From NCBI GenBank assembly GCA_963698135.1, contig CAVOPP010000011.1, positions 198,954 to 230,953 of the forward strand: 32,000 nt of DNA, given 5' to 3'. Position numbers and translations under genes: made by a program. Positions 9,469 through 19,099 of this stretch are shown here, in pieces (positions within the stretch are counted from its first letter, which is position 1; each line of letters begins with the position of its first letter). Origin of the DNA: an uncultured Methanobacteriaceae archaeon (GTDB lineage: Archaea; Methanobacteriota; Methanobacteria; Methanobacteriales; Methanobacteriaceae). The notes under the pieces were generated by a model. It had not been told where the DNA came from and did no database searches. It saw only the letters and a program-made list of their open reading frames with translations.

Positions 9469-12400
9469 TTATTTTCCTGTTTTGAATCTAAATGAACAGC
9501 TATTGGCCAGATTATTTCCCGCATAGTCTTTTACAGCACCAGAAGGAATATAAACTGAGTACCAAGTATAACTACTTCTTTTCAAGGCAGTGTTAATTTT
9601 AAGAACGTTTCCAGAAATGGATACGCTAATTTTTACTAACTTACCTGTTTTAAGGTTTTTAATATAAACCTTGGACCAGTTAACACTACTTTTAAGGTTT
9701 TCAGATAATTTCACGTAGATTGTGGAAGTTCTGGAAACATTAACAGCCTTGTGCTTAGGATAAGTTAAAACTACCTTAGGGGCCACTTTATCTATATTAT
9801 AAGTTGCAGGATACACTTGTGAGGGATTACCTGAATCATCAACAGCTAAAAACTTCAAAATGGTTGATGAGCTAATAGTTATGGGTCCCGTGTATTTTGT
9901 GCTGTTAGTAGTGGGCGTGGAACCATTTAAAGTGTAGTATATACTACCTGCTTCGCTCATGGTTAGAGAAATTACCTTATTGGTGTTATAAAGTCCGCTT
10001 TTCAGATTGGCCCAGGCCTGAGGCATGTTTTTGTCTATGCTATAATTTTCTTCATAGATTGTAGAAGGATTTCCAGATTCATCTATAGCTAAAAACTTCA
10101 AAACAGTGCTAGAATTAATACTAATAGGACCAAAATACTTAATACTAAGATTACTCGGCGTAGAACCATCCAAAGTATAATAAATAACCCCTGGCTCACT
10201 CATATTCAAACTAACCAGTTGATTGGTATTATACGATCCACTCTTAATATCCGCAATTGCTGTAGGTAAAACCTTGTCAATATCATATGCTTCAACAGCC
10301 ACTTCTGAAGGATTTCCAGCCAAATCAACAGCTAAAAACTTCAAAATAGACGTATTGTTTATAGATATTGGGCCAGAATACTTAATACTGGAATTACTCG
10401 GAGTAGAATTATCCAAAGTATAATAAATACTACCAGACTCACTCATAACCAAACTAACCAACTGATCAACATTAAACAATCCACCCAAAACATCAGCCCA
10501 AACAGTAGGAACAACCTTATCAACTACATAAGATTCAGAACCAACTAAAGAAGGATTTCCAGCCAAATCTACAGCTAAAAACTTCAAAATAGACGTATTG
10601 TTTATAGATATTGGGCCAGAATACTTAGTACTGGAATTACTCGGAGTAGAATTATCCAAAGTATAATAAATACTACCAGACTCACTCATAGCCAAACTAA
10701 CCAACTGATCAACATTAAACAATCCACCCAAAACATCAGCCCAAACTGTAGGAACAACCTTATCAACAGTGAAACTAGAATCAAATCCATTTGACAAATT
10801 ATTACCTACTAAGTCCATCACCGCGTTCGCCGGTATGTTCAAATTATAACCCCCATCCACATAATCGGCTGTTGGAGTTAAAAACAAAACATTCCCTACG
10901 ATGGTTTTATTCATATGGACAATACCAGAAGGTCCGGTTACACTAATACTACCAAAATAACTGCCTTCTTGAATAAATTCGCTGAAAGTAATAGTGATTA
11001 ACTTATTTCCAATGTTTATAAAAGCATTATTAATTGGATCAGTAATGTTTACAATTGGAGGAGTTGTATCCGGTGTCCAGATTAAGTTGTCTACCCAACC
11101 ACAATTAGAACCCACAGAATTGTTGTCACTACCGTCTTTAGTGTAACTCCACTTTAGAGTGTGTATCCCCGGGCCTAAAATGAAATTTTTATTTTGCCAA
11201 TCCTGTTCCCCACTTATACTAAATTGTTCTAAACCATCAATAAAGAATCTTAAAAAGTCATGTCCTGATTCGGATGATACTTTCCAATCAAAGTTCAGAT
11301 ATCCTAAACCTTCCACCAGGGTACTCATCCAGGTGGTCTCATTATTCCAGATAAACCCGCTTTGAGCAGAATTTGTATCGTTTTGACCTATATTTTGGGT
11401 CCCAAACCAGGTAACATTTCCGGTTCCATTAGTAGTCCAGTTAAGAAGTTCATTTTCTAAAGCTATTCCAATAGGCAACAATCCCTTCCATCCAAATGCT
11501 GCAGATGTCTGATTTTTGGGGCTGGCCAGATTGTAAACATATATTCCGGAGGATCCGGAATACCAATTACTATTGGGAGTTGTGGACGGGCCAAAGTATT
11601 TAGAAGGTCTATAAACATCTCCAGCATCAGCATCGTGAGACCCGTTTTGTATATCAAACAATCCATCGGCTTGTACTAAATCAACTAGATTATGAACCGT
11701 GTTGGAATTATCATAGAAAAATCTTCCATTGGCATCTAAGGTAGCATCAATATGCCAGATATACAGACCATCAGCCGGTACTCCTCCAGCCCATTTACCC
11801 GTGGACGGGTAATAAAAGTATTTATCATTTCCAGTTTTTTTCCGGTATTCCACCATATAAAACTCTTTATTTTCAGGACCCAAAAACTGGCCAGGGTAAA
11901 TTAATACACTGCTATGAGTTCCATTTAATTCTGCGGGGTTGAGAATTAGCTGCTGATCAAGGGCACTAACATCCGTTACATAATACGGGTTTATCCATCC
12001 CAATAACATTTTAAAGAAACAATTAAAGTCAGAAGACCCTCCATCCATCATATCCAGGCCACCGACACCATATCCCGGACCATTTATGTTAGTGTAAGGA
12101 GCAGTTCCAGTATCGTAATCATAAAGATCAGGTAACCCTAATAAATGTCCAGTTTCGTGTATATCAGTTTTAGGATTGGCTCCATACTCTGCCCACATAT
12201 ATTTATTCATTTTCACGCCATCTACAGTGAAATTATTACTACTTGGCAAAGTAATTACATATGACCACCAGGTACTTCCCCATCCAGTATCAGGACCGGC
12301 CCATTTTAAGGCCATGCCTTCCATATACCCGTCGCCATTGTTATCATATTGGGAGAAGTCCGTGGTGTTATCATAATAATTCATGACTTCCATCATCAAT

Positions 12401-12981
12401 TCCATTCTATTGGTATAATAACTACGGTTATGCTGTGCAGTATACCATCCTAAAACATCTCCCGTGATATTTAGTAATCCATAGGATGATCGCTGGTACC
12501 AGTTATGCAAACTCTCATAAGGATAATAATTTATAGAAGTATTGTAAGCTCCACTACCATTCCCAAAATAAATGGACTGTATTTCACCCACACTTTGAGT
12601 GGATTCATGTGGATAATCCGGGAAGTCCACCAGCATTATCAACATTTTAACAGTTCCCGTTGAGGGCAATGTGGTTGAAGTAGGTCGGGTCGACGAGGGT
12701 TCAACACTTATATTATTTTTAGACGGATTAGAACCTAAATTTAACCTCTGGTTTAAATTATTAATTAATTTAGGATCCGTATTTTGATTTCCAATGGCAG
12801 TTACATTGGTAATTCTTTCATCAAGTGTACCATCCGCCTTGTATTGTGCAATTTGTTCTTCAGTAGGTTTTTCGGTTGCACAGGCATTACCCATGGCGAA
12901 AATTATCCCTACGAAAAATATCAGTGCAAAAAGCATAGTTTTATTTTTATTTATAATGACACCTCCAAATTTTTCACTCAT
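9469..12981 (-). CDS. secreted M6-family (immune inhibitor A-like) zinc metalloprotease with Ig-like domains and four tandem 81-aa repeats
   Basis: HExxH zinc motif in M6-like context: HETGHLLGLPDLYDYD. Signal peptide NKNKTMLFALIFFVGIIFAMGNACA. Four repeats of type SGSIYYTLDGSTPS..S.KY.GPI.I..S..LKF.A.D..GNPS (chitobiase/Fn3-associated-like). Terminal Ig-like domain ending FKTGK. Start set at ATG 12981 (MSEKFGG...) rather than 13026. ATT/ATA 12957/12954 and ATG 12936 are alternatives. Confidence 0.8.
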   Translation of the reverse strand: MSEKFGGVIINKNKTMLFALIFFVGIIFAMGNACATEKPTEEQIAQYKADGTLDERITNVTAIGNQNTDPKLINNLNQRLNLGSNPSKNNISVEPSSTRPTSTTLPSTGTVKMLIMLVDFPDYPHESTQSVGEIQSIYFGNGSGAYNTSINYYPYESLHNWYQRSSYGLLNITGDVLGWYTAQHNRSYYTNRMELMMEVMNYYDNTTDFSQYDNNGDGYMEGMALKWAGPDTGWGSTWWSYVITLPSSNNFTVDGVKMNKYMWAEYGANPKTDIHETGHLLGLPDLYDYDTGTAPYTNINGPGYGVGGLDMMDGGSSDFNCFFKMLLGWINPYYVTDVSALDQQLILNPAELNGTHSSVLIYPGQFLGPENKEFYMVEYRKKTGNDKYFYYPSTGKWAGGVPADGLYIWHIDATLDANGRFFYDNSNTVHNLVDLVQADGLFDIQNGSHDADAGDVYRPSKYFGPSTTPNSNWYSGSSGIYVYNLASPKNQTSAAFGWKGLLPIGIALENELLNWTTNGTGNVTWFGTQNIGQNDTNSAQSGFIWNNETTWMSTLVEGLGYLNFDWKVSSESGHDFLRFFIDGLEQFSISGEQDWQNKNFILGPGIHTLKWSYTKDGSDNNSVGSNCGWVDNLIWTPDTTPPIVNITDPINNAFINIGNKLITITFSEFIQEGSYFGSISVTGPSGIVHMNKTIVGNVLFLTPTADYVDGGYNLNIPANAVMDLVGNNLSNGFDSSFTVDKVVPTVWADVLGGLFNVDQLVSLAMSESGSIYYTLDNSTPSNSSTKYSGPISINNTSILKFLAVDLAGNPSLVGSESYVVDKVVPTVWADVLGGLFNVDQLVSLVMSESGSIYYTLDNSTPSNSSIKYSGPISINNTSILKFLAVDLAGNPSEVAVEAYDIDKVLPTAIADIKSGSYNTNQLVSLNMSEPGVIYYTLDGSTPSNLSIKYFGPISINSSTVLKFLAIDESGNPSTIYEENYSIDKNMPQAWANLKSGLYNTNKVISLTMSEAGSIYYTLNGSTPTTNSTKYTGPITISSSTILKFLAVDDSGNPSQVYPATYNIDKVAPKVVLTYPKHKAVNVSRTSTIYVKLSENLKSSVNWSKVYIKNLKTGKLVKISVSISGNVLKINTALKRSSYTWYSVYIPSGAVKDYAGNNLANSCSFRFKTGK
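9793..10764 (-). repeat. four tandem 243-bp (81-aa) coding repeats inside the M6 protease gene; copies 1 and 2 nearly identical
   Basis: Repeat boundaries were derived by counting codons from the stop: 10522-10764, 10279-10521, 10036-10278, 9793-10035, each starting DK(V/N)xP. Copies 1 and 2 differ by only a handful of bases over about 210 bp. Confidence 0.9.
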
Positions 12982-13344
12982 TTTAGGGGATGATGCAATA
13001 ATTGGAATTAATAATATATGATTCATTTAGTTTATTTTTGTAATAAATCGTATTAGAACATTAAGTTCTCTGAAAGTTTTTAACAATTTATAATTCATTA
13101 AAAAAACAGTTAAAAGTACTAAATCACCATTATTATTGATAATATCTGCGTATTAGTAGCAAATTTAAAAAAAAATTAAAGATAACTTTTCTTCCCCCCA
13201 AAGTCATAAAATTAATTGATAAAATGAGTATATAAATTTTTCTAAAATGCTTAAGTCAAAAATAAACTACAAAATAGAATGATTATAAAATATACTTTTA
13301 AAAATTATGAAACGAATCTATAATTCTAATTAATTTAAATAAAT

Positions 13345-13382
13345 ATAAAAAACAAAAAAATAAGCAGTCCAGAGGACCGCTT
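13345..13382 (-). terminator. hairpin plus oligo-T terminator downstream of mtd
   Basis: The minus strand reads AAGCGGTCC-tct-GGACTGCTT (one mismatch in the stem) followed by ATTTTTTTTGTTTTTT, starting 10 nt after the mtd stop codon. Confidence 0.5.
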
Positions 13383-13392
13383 CAAAGTATAA

Positions 13393-14223
13393 TTATTGTG
13401 GTTTTTCCATTAAAACGGATTTAGACATGGTTTGTCCTTTTCCACCGTGTGGGGTTCGGACAACAGTGTCGTTAGCCTTTTCAATTTCTCTTGCTTCAGC
13501 AGCGAGTTTAGCAGCAGTAGTGATCATTTCGTGAGCAGAAGCTACGATTGGTATGTACTTTTCTGCATCTCGGACCATGAAACATCCTTCTACATCGATA
13601 TCAGCTACTTTAGTAGCGATGTCATAGGCAGCCATAGCTTTAGCTTTAGCATAAGGACTGGAGAATTCAGCAGCAGCTACAGCAACATCTCGGCTGATAA
13701 CCACTTTAGGTAATTCGATTGCACTTCCAGCTTCGACAGCAGTCACAGCAGCGTCGATGGTGTTTTGTACAACTCTGTAAGCACCAGTTAAAGCTAACAC
13801 TTTAATTACGTCAGCATTAAAGGAAGCCATTTCAGTTGGGTCCAGGAATTCTCTTCGTGCACCGATCATTGGGTCGGCCTTTACAATAATGTATCCTAAA
13901 CCTTGTTCGTCCATTTCGTCCTTGGATCGTAGACCAGGAGCGTCACCGATTATGATGGCAGGGACGTCTGCAGCAGATAATAATTCTCTGGCTTTAGCAG
14001 GTCCTGGAGCACCTGGGTTAGGGCTTATGAATATAACAAAGTCCCTTTCCATTTCAAGCATTAATGGTACGGCTTTTTCGATTTCTTCTGGGTTCATTTT
14101 AGCCCCAGATCCTATTACACATACATCTATGTTTGGTCGGTCTGCTCTCTCATCAAGTAATAAGTCCAAAACAGGAGAGGTACCGATGTTACCACATTTA
14201 ATTATACCGATTTTTACAACCAT
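13393..14223 (-). CDS. mtd: F420-dependent methylenetetrahydromethanopterin dehydrogenase
   Basis: MVVKIGIIKCGNIGTSPVLDLLLDERADRPNIDV... is the characteristic Mtd N-terminus. Start placed at ATG 14223 (GGTGAT SD 5 nt upstream) rather than the upstream ATG at 14247. Confidence 0.93.
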   Translation of the reverse strand: MVVKIGIIKCGNIGTSPVLDLLLDERADRPNIDVCVIGSGAKMNPEEIEKAVPLMLEMERDFVIFISPNPGAPGPAKARELLSAADVPAIIIGDAPGLRSKDEMDEQGLGYIIVKADPMIGARREFLDPTEMASFNADVIKVLALTGAYRVVQNTIDAAVTAVEAGSAIELPKVVISRDVAVAAAEFSSPYAKAKAMAAYDIATKVADIDVEGCFMVRDAEKYIPIVASAHEMITTAAKLAAEAREIEKANDTVVRTPHGGKGQTMSKSVLMEKPQ

Positions 14224-14410
14224 TATATCACCAAAATGTGTTATCAATTGAGATATTAAGTACTTTTTGATTTAAACGCAATGAGTAAGTATTTATATTA
14301 GTAGTTGAAATTTGACTGCAATATTAAATTAAAGGCGTAATTCTATTTTTAAAATGTTTTTAGATTTTTTCTCTTAGAATTAATGTAGAAATAAAATTGT
14401 CATTTAAGAA

Positions 14411-14851
14411 TTATTCTGATATAACCAGTGCATTACCTGAATAAATCCGGGCAAAATAACTTTTGGCCAGTTCAATTTTTCCCAGGGCAGGGTCTGCCAA
14501 AATTACCGTATTTTCATTTATTTGGCCAATGACACTGTAATGAAATTTTCCATCAATATTTAAAAATACTATATTATTTGAAGTCAGATTATCCAGTTTA
14601 ATTCTCATCCCCCGGGCATCCAATCCTTTTTTTATGGCCGCTTTCATTAATCCATACATGGTAGTACCTGTCTCATCTGTGCCTGCTATTTGCGCCAGTT
14701 CATATTCCGTACAGCTTATTCCCATTCCCTGCAGTACTGTGGCCAATGCTGCCGGGCCACAGTTGTAGCTTGTGCTCTGCATTACAATTTGAGAATCGAT
14801 TTCAGACTTTAAAGAATTCTGATCCAACAAAGTATTCATAATACCTATCAC
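14411..14851 (-). CDS. stand-alone peptidase C39-like cysteine protease domain protein
   Basis: QSTSYNCGPAALATVLQ (Gln/Cys), FHYSVI (His) and ILADP (Asp) match the C39 bacteriocin-processing peptidase catalytic arrangement. No ABC transporter domain is attached. Confidence 0.7.
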   Translation of the reverse strand: MIGIMNTLLDQNSLKSEIDSQIVMQSTSYNCGPAALATVLQGMGISCTEYELAQIAGTDETGTTMYGLMKAAIKKGLDARGMRIKLDNLTSNNIVFLNIDGKFHYSVIGQINENTVILADPALGKIELAKSYFARIYSGNALVISE

Positions 14852-14981
14852 CTTTTTAGTAATAATTTAGTAATAAGTATTATTATATTTAATATTATTG
14901 TTTTAAAAAGTAATACTGAATTAATAAAAATAGGTGCAAATGAAATATGAAATTAATAATAACTAAAATAGAATGGGATAT

Positions 14982-16076
14982 TCATCTAAATTCAGATCGG
15001 GCATTCCAAATCATTTTAAGGCTTTTAAAGCCGCTTTTTGGCTCTTTTAAATTATTGAATGAATTGATAATTTTCTCCAGGTTATCAATGGCCTTTTCAG
15101 CATTTTCAACCAGCCCTCGACTATCAGGAGTAGAAATACTGGCAATTTCAAGGGGTATATCTGATATATGCAACACTTTAATGCCTAATTTTTCAGCCAA
15201 ATCAACACTGGAATGTTTATGATGAAAACCAGCAATTTTAATAGAAGGGACTCCTAAAACACCAGCCTCAATAGTTATACCCATACCTGCACCATATATG
15301 AGAGCCTGGGAAGCATTCATAATGCTGGGAAGGTCCACATAACCCTCAAGGACCTGGATATTATTATAACCCGATTTATAACCAGGTGCAGATTCCACCA
15401 GGCTCTGTACATAATCCTTACTGAATCTAAAGGGAGCTATGAGTACCGGTTTTTCCAGGGTTTTGACCGCTTGTACTAATTCTGGGAGTTGTTCTACTTT
15501 CAAATCGCCGCCCAGGGCAACTAAAATAAATTCATCCACCCCATAAAGAGCCTTTACTTTATTTTTATCCATTAATTCCATATTATGGACATAATAAGCC
15601 ATAGGATATCCCTGGATGTTTTTCACATTTTTAAGGCCGTACTGATTCTCCAGATATTCCTGGTATTCTCTGGAAGGAGCAGTAACCACATTGGCATAGG
15701 CCATCATTTCGATGGGATTGTAAATATCCTGTTCTATATGTAGAGTAGGTATCCTCAGTAAATTAGCAGCGGCCAATCCTTTTCTGACATCCCCTGCATT
15801 ACCACAAGTAATCATTAAATCTATTCCCTTTCCCTGCATGGCCCTAACTGCTTTTAAAATGTCCCTCATTACAAGATACCCAATCTGAGCATTGGACCTT
15901 TTACGGGCTCCAGCGCCTCTTCCTTGACCAATTGAATAAATTTCTGAACAGTAAGGAGCTAAGAGTTCTTTGGATCCTGGGCCGTGGGCCAGTCCAATGA
16001 TTTCCGCATCCAATTTTTCCAGAACTGGGATTAAAGTTCTGGCCGGGGCCAGTTCCGCGGCAATAGCAATTTTCAT
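14982..16076 (-). CDS. GT-B-fold glycosyltransferase-like protein (MurG-like architecture), function uncertain
   Basis: A 364-aa soluble protein with two Rossmann-like halves. The C-terminal ALIYGAGMGITIEAGVLGVPSIKI resembles the donor-binding G-rich loop of GT-B enzymes. It sits next to a Wzy-like polymerase gene. The call is from general resemblance only. Confidence 0.45.
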   Translation of the reverse strand: MKIAIAAELAPARTLIPVLEKLDAEIIGLAHGPGSKELLAPYCSEIYSIGQGRGAGARKRSNAQIGYLVMRDILKAVRAMQGKGIDLMITCGNAGDVRKGLAAANLLRIPTLHIEQDIYNPIEMMAYANVVTAPSREYQEYLENQYGLKNVKNIQGYPMAYYVHNMELMDKNKVKALYGVDEFILVALGGDLKVEQLPELVQAVKTLEKPVLIAPFRFSKDYVQSLVESAPGYKSGYNNIQVLEGYVDLPSIMNASQALIYGAGMGITIEAGVLGVPSIKIAGFHHKHSSVDLAEKLGIKVLHISDIPLEIASISTPDSRGLVENAEKAIDNLEKIINSFNNLKEPKSGFKSLKMIWNARSEFR

Positions 16077-16179
16077 GAATTTTCTCCATCAAGTACTTTC
16101 TTTATCCATTCAATCAGTTATATCCTTAAACCAGGTAGGATTATTTAATTTTCTTTATTCATTTTATCAGTTATAATCC

Positions 16180-17406
16180 TTAAACCAGACCCTTAAGATT
16201 ATTCAAATTTTTATTTCTCCATTTAAAAAAGGCAAATAAAACAAGGATTATGGAAATAAGGTAAAATATCCACACCACCAGATCAGTAGGGCCTGTTTCA
16301 ATCCATACCAGGGTTTGGGCCAATATTATGGCATAAAATGCTGTAAATATTCCTTTTTTTGTTTTTTGAATTAAGTGCATTAACTTCAGTACCAGACCTA
16401 GGATAAACATCTGCAGGGCCAGGGCCCAGGTTCCAAAGTCCAGGAGGGCCGGGCCGAAAATTGTGGAGGTGGAGGAGTGTTTGTACCCCAGAACTACCTC
16501 TCCCACAATGGCCCGGGGATCTGCGGACTGGAAAAATCCAGTGAGAGAGTAGTAGGCCAGTGTTCCATTGGTAGCCCCCTGCATCCCAATTAATTTATCA
16601 AACACAGTTAAGGTATATCCTGCACGGTAAAAAAACAACTCCAGCGGATTTAAAGTCCACTGCTGCCATTCTATGGACTTTGCAGATATGTATCCCACTA
16701 AAAGACCAATTCCTACCAATCCTATAACAAAAATAGCAAAATAGACCCATTTCAAGTTTTTAGAAAATTTCCGGGTGTAGTAAAGAGTTATAAATACACT
16801 TAGAATGATTACAATGGTAGTAGTCCGGTATCCTGTTAAGGCAAAAAGTGCTATTCCCAGGAGGAATAAAATATAGTAGTAGCTCCGATTAAACTTTGCC
16901 AGTAAAATATTTATTCCCGGTAAAAATAGGAGATAAGAAATTATCCATATTTTGGTTACCGCCTTGGCCTTGAGATAACCACTCAAAAGAGGAATTCCAC
17001 CTGAATTAAAGAGATTCAAAGCCTGTAAAAATAGACCGAAAATTACTATTCCCAGAATAAATATTTCCAGCCTAGAGAAACTCATCCGGGAAGTTTTTAC
17101 AGAGTTCTGCAATATATCTTCGTTTAAAGATTTATTTAAACCGTCTTTTTTAGAATATAAATAATTTAAAAAGTTATTTACTGATTCAAAACTTTTAAAG
17201 TTTAATTTGTAGACTAGTTTGGGAAATAAAATCCCGGCAATGAAAAAACAACACCCTAATAAAATATAAATATATATTCCCAAAGGCGGTGCTTCTAATC
17301 CTTTTATTTCATAATAAAAGCCAGTTATGCCAAATAATACATATAAAAAGATAGCAAATATGACTAAATACGGAGAAAATATATCAATTTTATTAATTAA
17401 TTTCAT
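16180..17406 (-). CDS. polytopic membrane protein, oligosaccharide repeat-unit polymerase (Wzy-like)
   Basis: A 408-aa protein with 10 or more hydrophobic helices. The N-terminal IDIFSPYLVIF motif and overall layout resemble archaeal oligosaccharide repeat-unit polymerases. Confidence 0.5.
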   Translation of the reverse strand: MKLINKIDIFSPYLVIFAIFLYVLFGITGFYYEIKGLEAPPLGIYIYILLGCCFFIAGILFPKLVYKLNFKSFESVNNFLNYLYSKKDGLNKSLNEDILQNSVKTSRMSFSRLEIFILGIVIFGLFLQALNLFNSGGIPLLSGYLKAKAVTKIWIISYLLFLPGINILLAKFNRSYYYILFLLGIALFALTGYRTTTIVIILSVFITLYYTRKFSKNLKWVYFAIFVIGLVGIGLLVGYISAKSIEWQQWTLNPLELFFYRAGYTLTVFDKLIGMQGATNGTLAYYSLTGFFQSADPRAIVGEVVLGYKHSSTSTIFGPALLDFGTWALALQMFILGLVLKLMHLIQKTKKGIFTAFYAIILAQTLVWIETGPTDLVVWIFYLISIILVLFAFFKWRNKNLNNLKGLV

Positions 17407-17533
17407 GATAACTGGCGCCTATGGGTTGTAATAATATATTTTTATATGATTTTTTGTCTTTAGAATAATTAATAATTAAAAGAATTATAGTTCAATTTTG
17501 AAATAATTTTCATTTAGTTTACTTCATGAAATA

Positions 17534-18889
17534 TTAAATTTCCCAGGCGTTTTGGGCTAAATTAGAAGCAAATCCAGGGCATGCCGCTGCATGAGTATGC
17601 ACATAACTGGCCACCGTATTTTTAGACATTATTCCATCTTTAGAATCTAAAATTCCCCTTCCCCGTAGAATTTTAAAGGCAAATTCCGGTTTCTGGGAAT
17701 TGGAATCTATCTTGACCTTGGAGTAATGGAATTCGTGTCCCCTGAAAATATCCCCTTTTTTAGAAATTATATTATCTTCCTGGGCTTGTGAAATTACGTA
17801 ACTTAATCCCTGCACTTTATCAGTCATTACCGAGGAGTATGGAAATATTTCACACATTTTATGCTCATTAATAGAATTGGTGAGATACATCAAGCCTCCA
17901 CACTCGCCGTAAATGGGCCTTTCATCTAAGTAAAACTGTTTAATAGATTTACGCATGGAAATGTTGTTTTCCAGTTCTTTAGAAAAGATTTCCGGGTAGC
18001 CACCACCAATATACAGGGCATCCACATCAGGAAGTTCTTCATCATGATAAGGGCTGAACGGGACTATTTGAGCGTTATTATCCTCCAAAGCATCTAAATT
18101 TTCCTGGTAATAAAAGGTGAATATTTCATCCAGGGCCACTCCAATTTTAACTTTTTTATTGTTACTTTTTTCCCAAAGAGCTTCGCGCTGGGAGGGGATT
18201 TTTCCTGCATTTTTCATAATATCCTGCAAGGCATCCAGGTCAATATTTTCCTGGACAACCTGGCCCCATTTTTCAATGAACCCCAGTAAATTTTCCCTTT
18301 CCACAGCCGGGACCAGTCCCAAATGCCTTTGCTCCACGGTCAAGGAATCGCTTCGGGGAATTCCGCCGATGACTTCTGTTTTTGCCAGTTTCTCCACTGC
18401 TTCTTTGGCCTTAAGATAATGTCGGCGATTTTTAACGTGGTTTAAGATTACACCCTCAATTTTTACTTCAGGATCCAGAGTTTTGAATCCTAAAACCACT
18501 GCCGCTGCACTTTTAACCAGGCTTCGGGCATTTAAAATCAAAACTACCGGGGCATTAAGAGCTTTGGCAATGGAGGCTGTGTTTCCCACATCTCCGGTAG
18601 GGCTAATTCCTTCATATAACCCGCGGACTCCCTCTATTATTCCCATTTTTGAGCCATTGATGGTCAAAGCTCTTTCAAAAGCCTCCCTTATCTGGCCCTC
18701 TGACATGAAAAAGGAGTCCAGATTGCGGGACCGGTGACCTGTGGCCAGAGTGTGATAAGTGGGATCAATATAATCTGGCCCTACCTTAAACGGTTGAACC
18801 TGAGTCTCTTCTGATAATGCCTTCATGATACCGGTGGAAATTGTGGTTTTTCCCACGGCACTTCCAGTACCAGCCAATACTATTCTCAT
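17534..18889 (-). CDS. cbiA: cobyrinate a,c-diamide synthase / Ni-sirohydrochlorin a,c-diamide synthase family (CbiA/CfbB)
   Basis: P-loop [16 protein letters not shown], DxxD-type AAA domain and a C-terminal glutamine amidotransferase with the GECGG nucleophile motif ([10 protein letters not shown]). I cannot separate the B12 enzyme (CbiA) from the F430 enzyme (CfbB) by eye. Confidence 0.85.
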   Translation of the reverse strand: MRIVLAGTGSAVGKTTISTGIMKALSEETQVQPFKVGPDYIDPTYHTLATGHRSRNLDSFFMSEGQIREAFERALTINGSKMGIIEGVRGLYEGISPTGDVGNTASIAKALNAPVVLILNARSLVKSAAAVVLGFKTLDPEVKIEGVILNHVKNRRHYLKAKEAVEKLAKTEVIGGIPRSDSLTVEQRHLGLVPAVERENLLGFIEKWGQVVQENIDLDALQDIMKNAGKIPSQREALWEKSNNKKVKIGVALDEIFTFYYQENLDALEDNNAQIVPFSPYHDEELPDVDALYIGGGYPEIFSKELENNISMRKSIKQFYLDERPIYGECGGLMYLTNSINEHKMCEIFPYSSVMTDKVQGLSYVISQAQEDNIISKKGDIFRGHEFHYSKVKIDSNSQKPEFAFKILRGRGILDSKDGIMSKNTVASYVHTHAAACPGFASNLAQNAWEI

Positions 18890-19099
18890 ATTCTATAATC
18901 AACTTACATTTTATTTAAATATTTTAATTTTTGCAGTTGAAAAATTAAAAATAGAATTATAATATTAGAATAGTCCTTGAAAAATTAAAATAAACTTTAA
19001 AATAGTTAATTTAGTATATATTTTTTTATTATTTTAAAATAGCATTTTTAAATTAAAAGTTAGAGTTTTTGTTATCTCCAAAAACTCGATTACTAGCTT

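Noticed and set aside
10223-13021. Plus-strand ORFs 10223-10423, 11159-11365, 12176-12376, 12784-12993 and 12794-13021, and minus-strand ORF 11463-11666
   Set aside because: All are embedded in the M6 protease gene, antisense or off-frame, with no independent support.
13432-14251. Plus-strand ORFs 13432-13713 and 13889-14251
   Set aside because: They are antisense shadows inside the unambiguous mtd gene, with Ser-rich nonsense composition.
14947-16176. ORFs 14947-15222 (+), 15901-16092 (-) and 15970-16176 (+)
   Set aside because: They overlap the GT-B-like gene antisense or off-frame, with no supporting signals.
18117-18737. Plus-strand ORFs 18117-18419 and 18483-18737
   Set aside because: They are antisense to the well-supported cbiA-like gene, and no family is recognisable.
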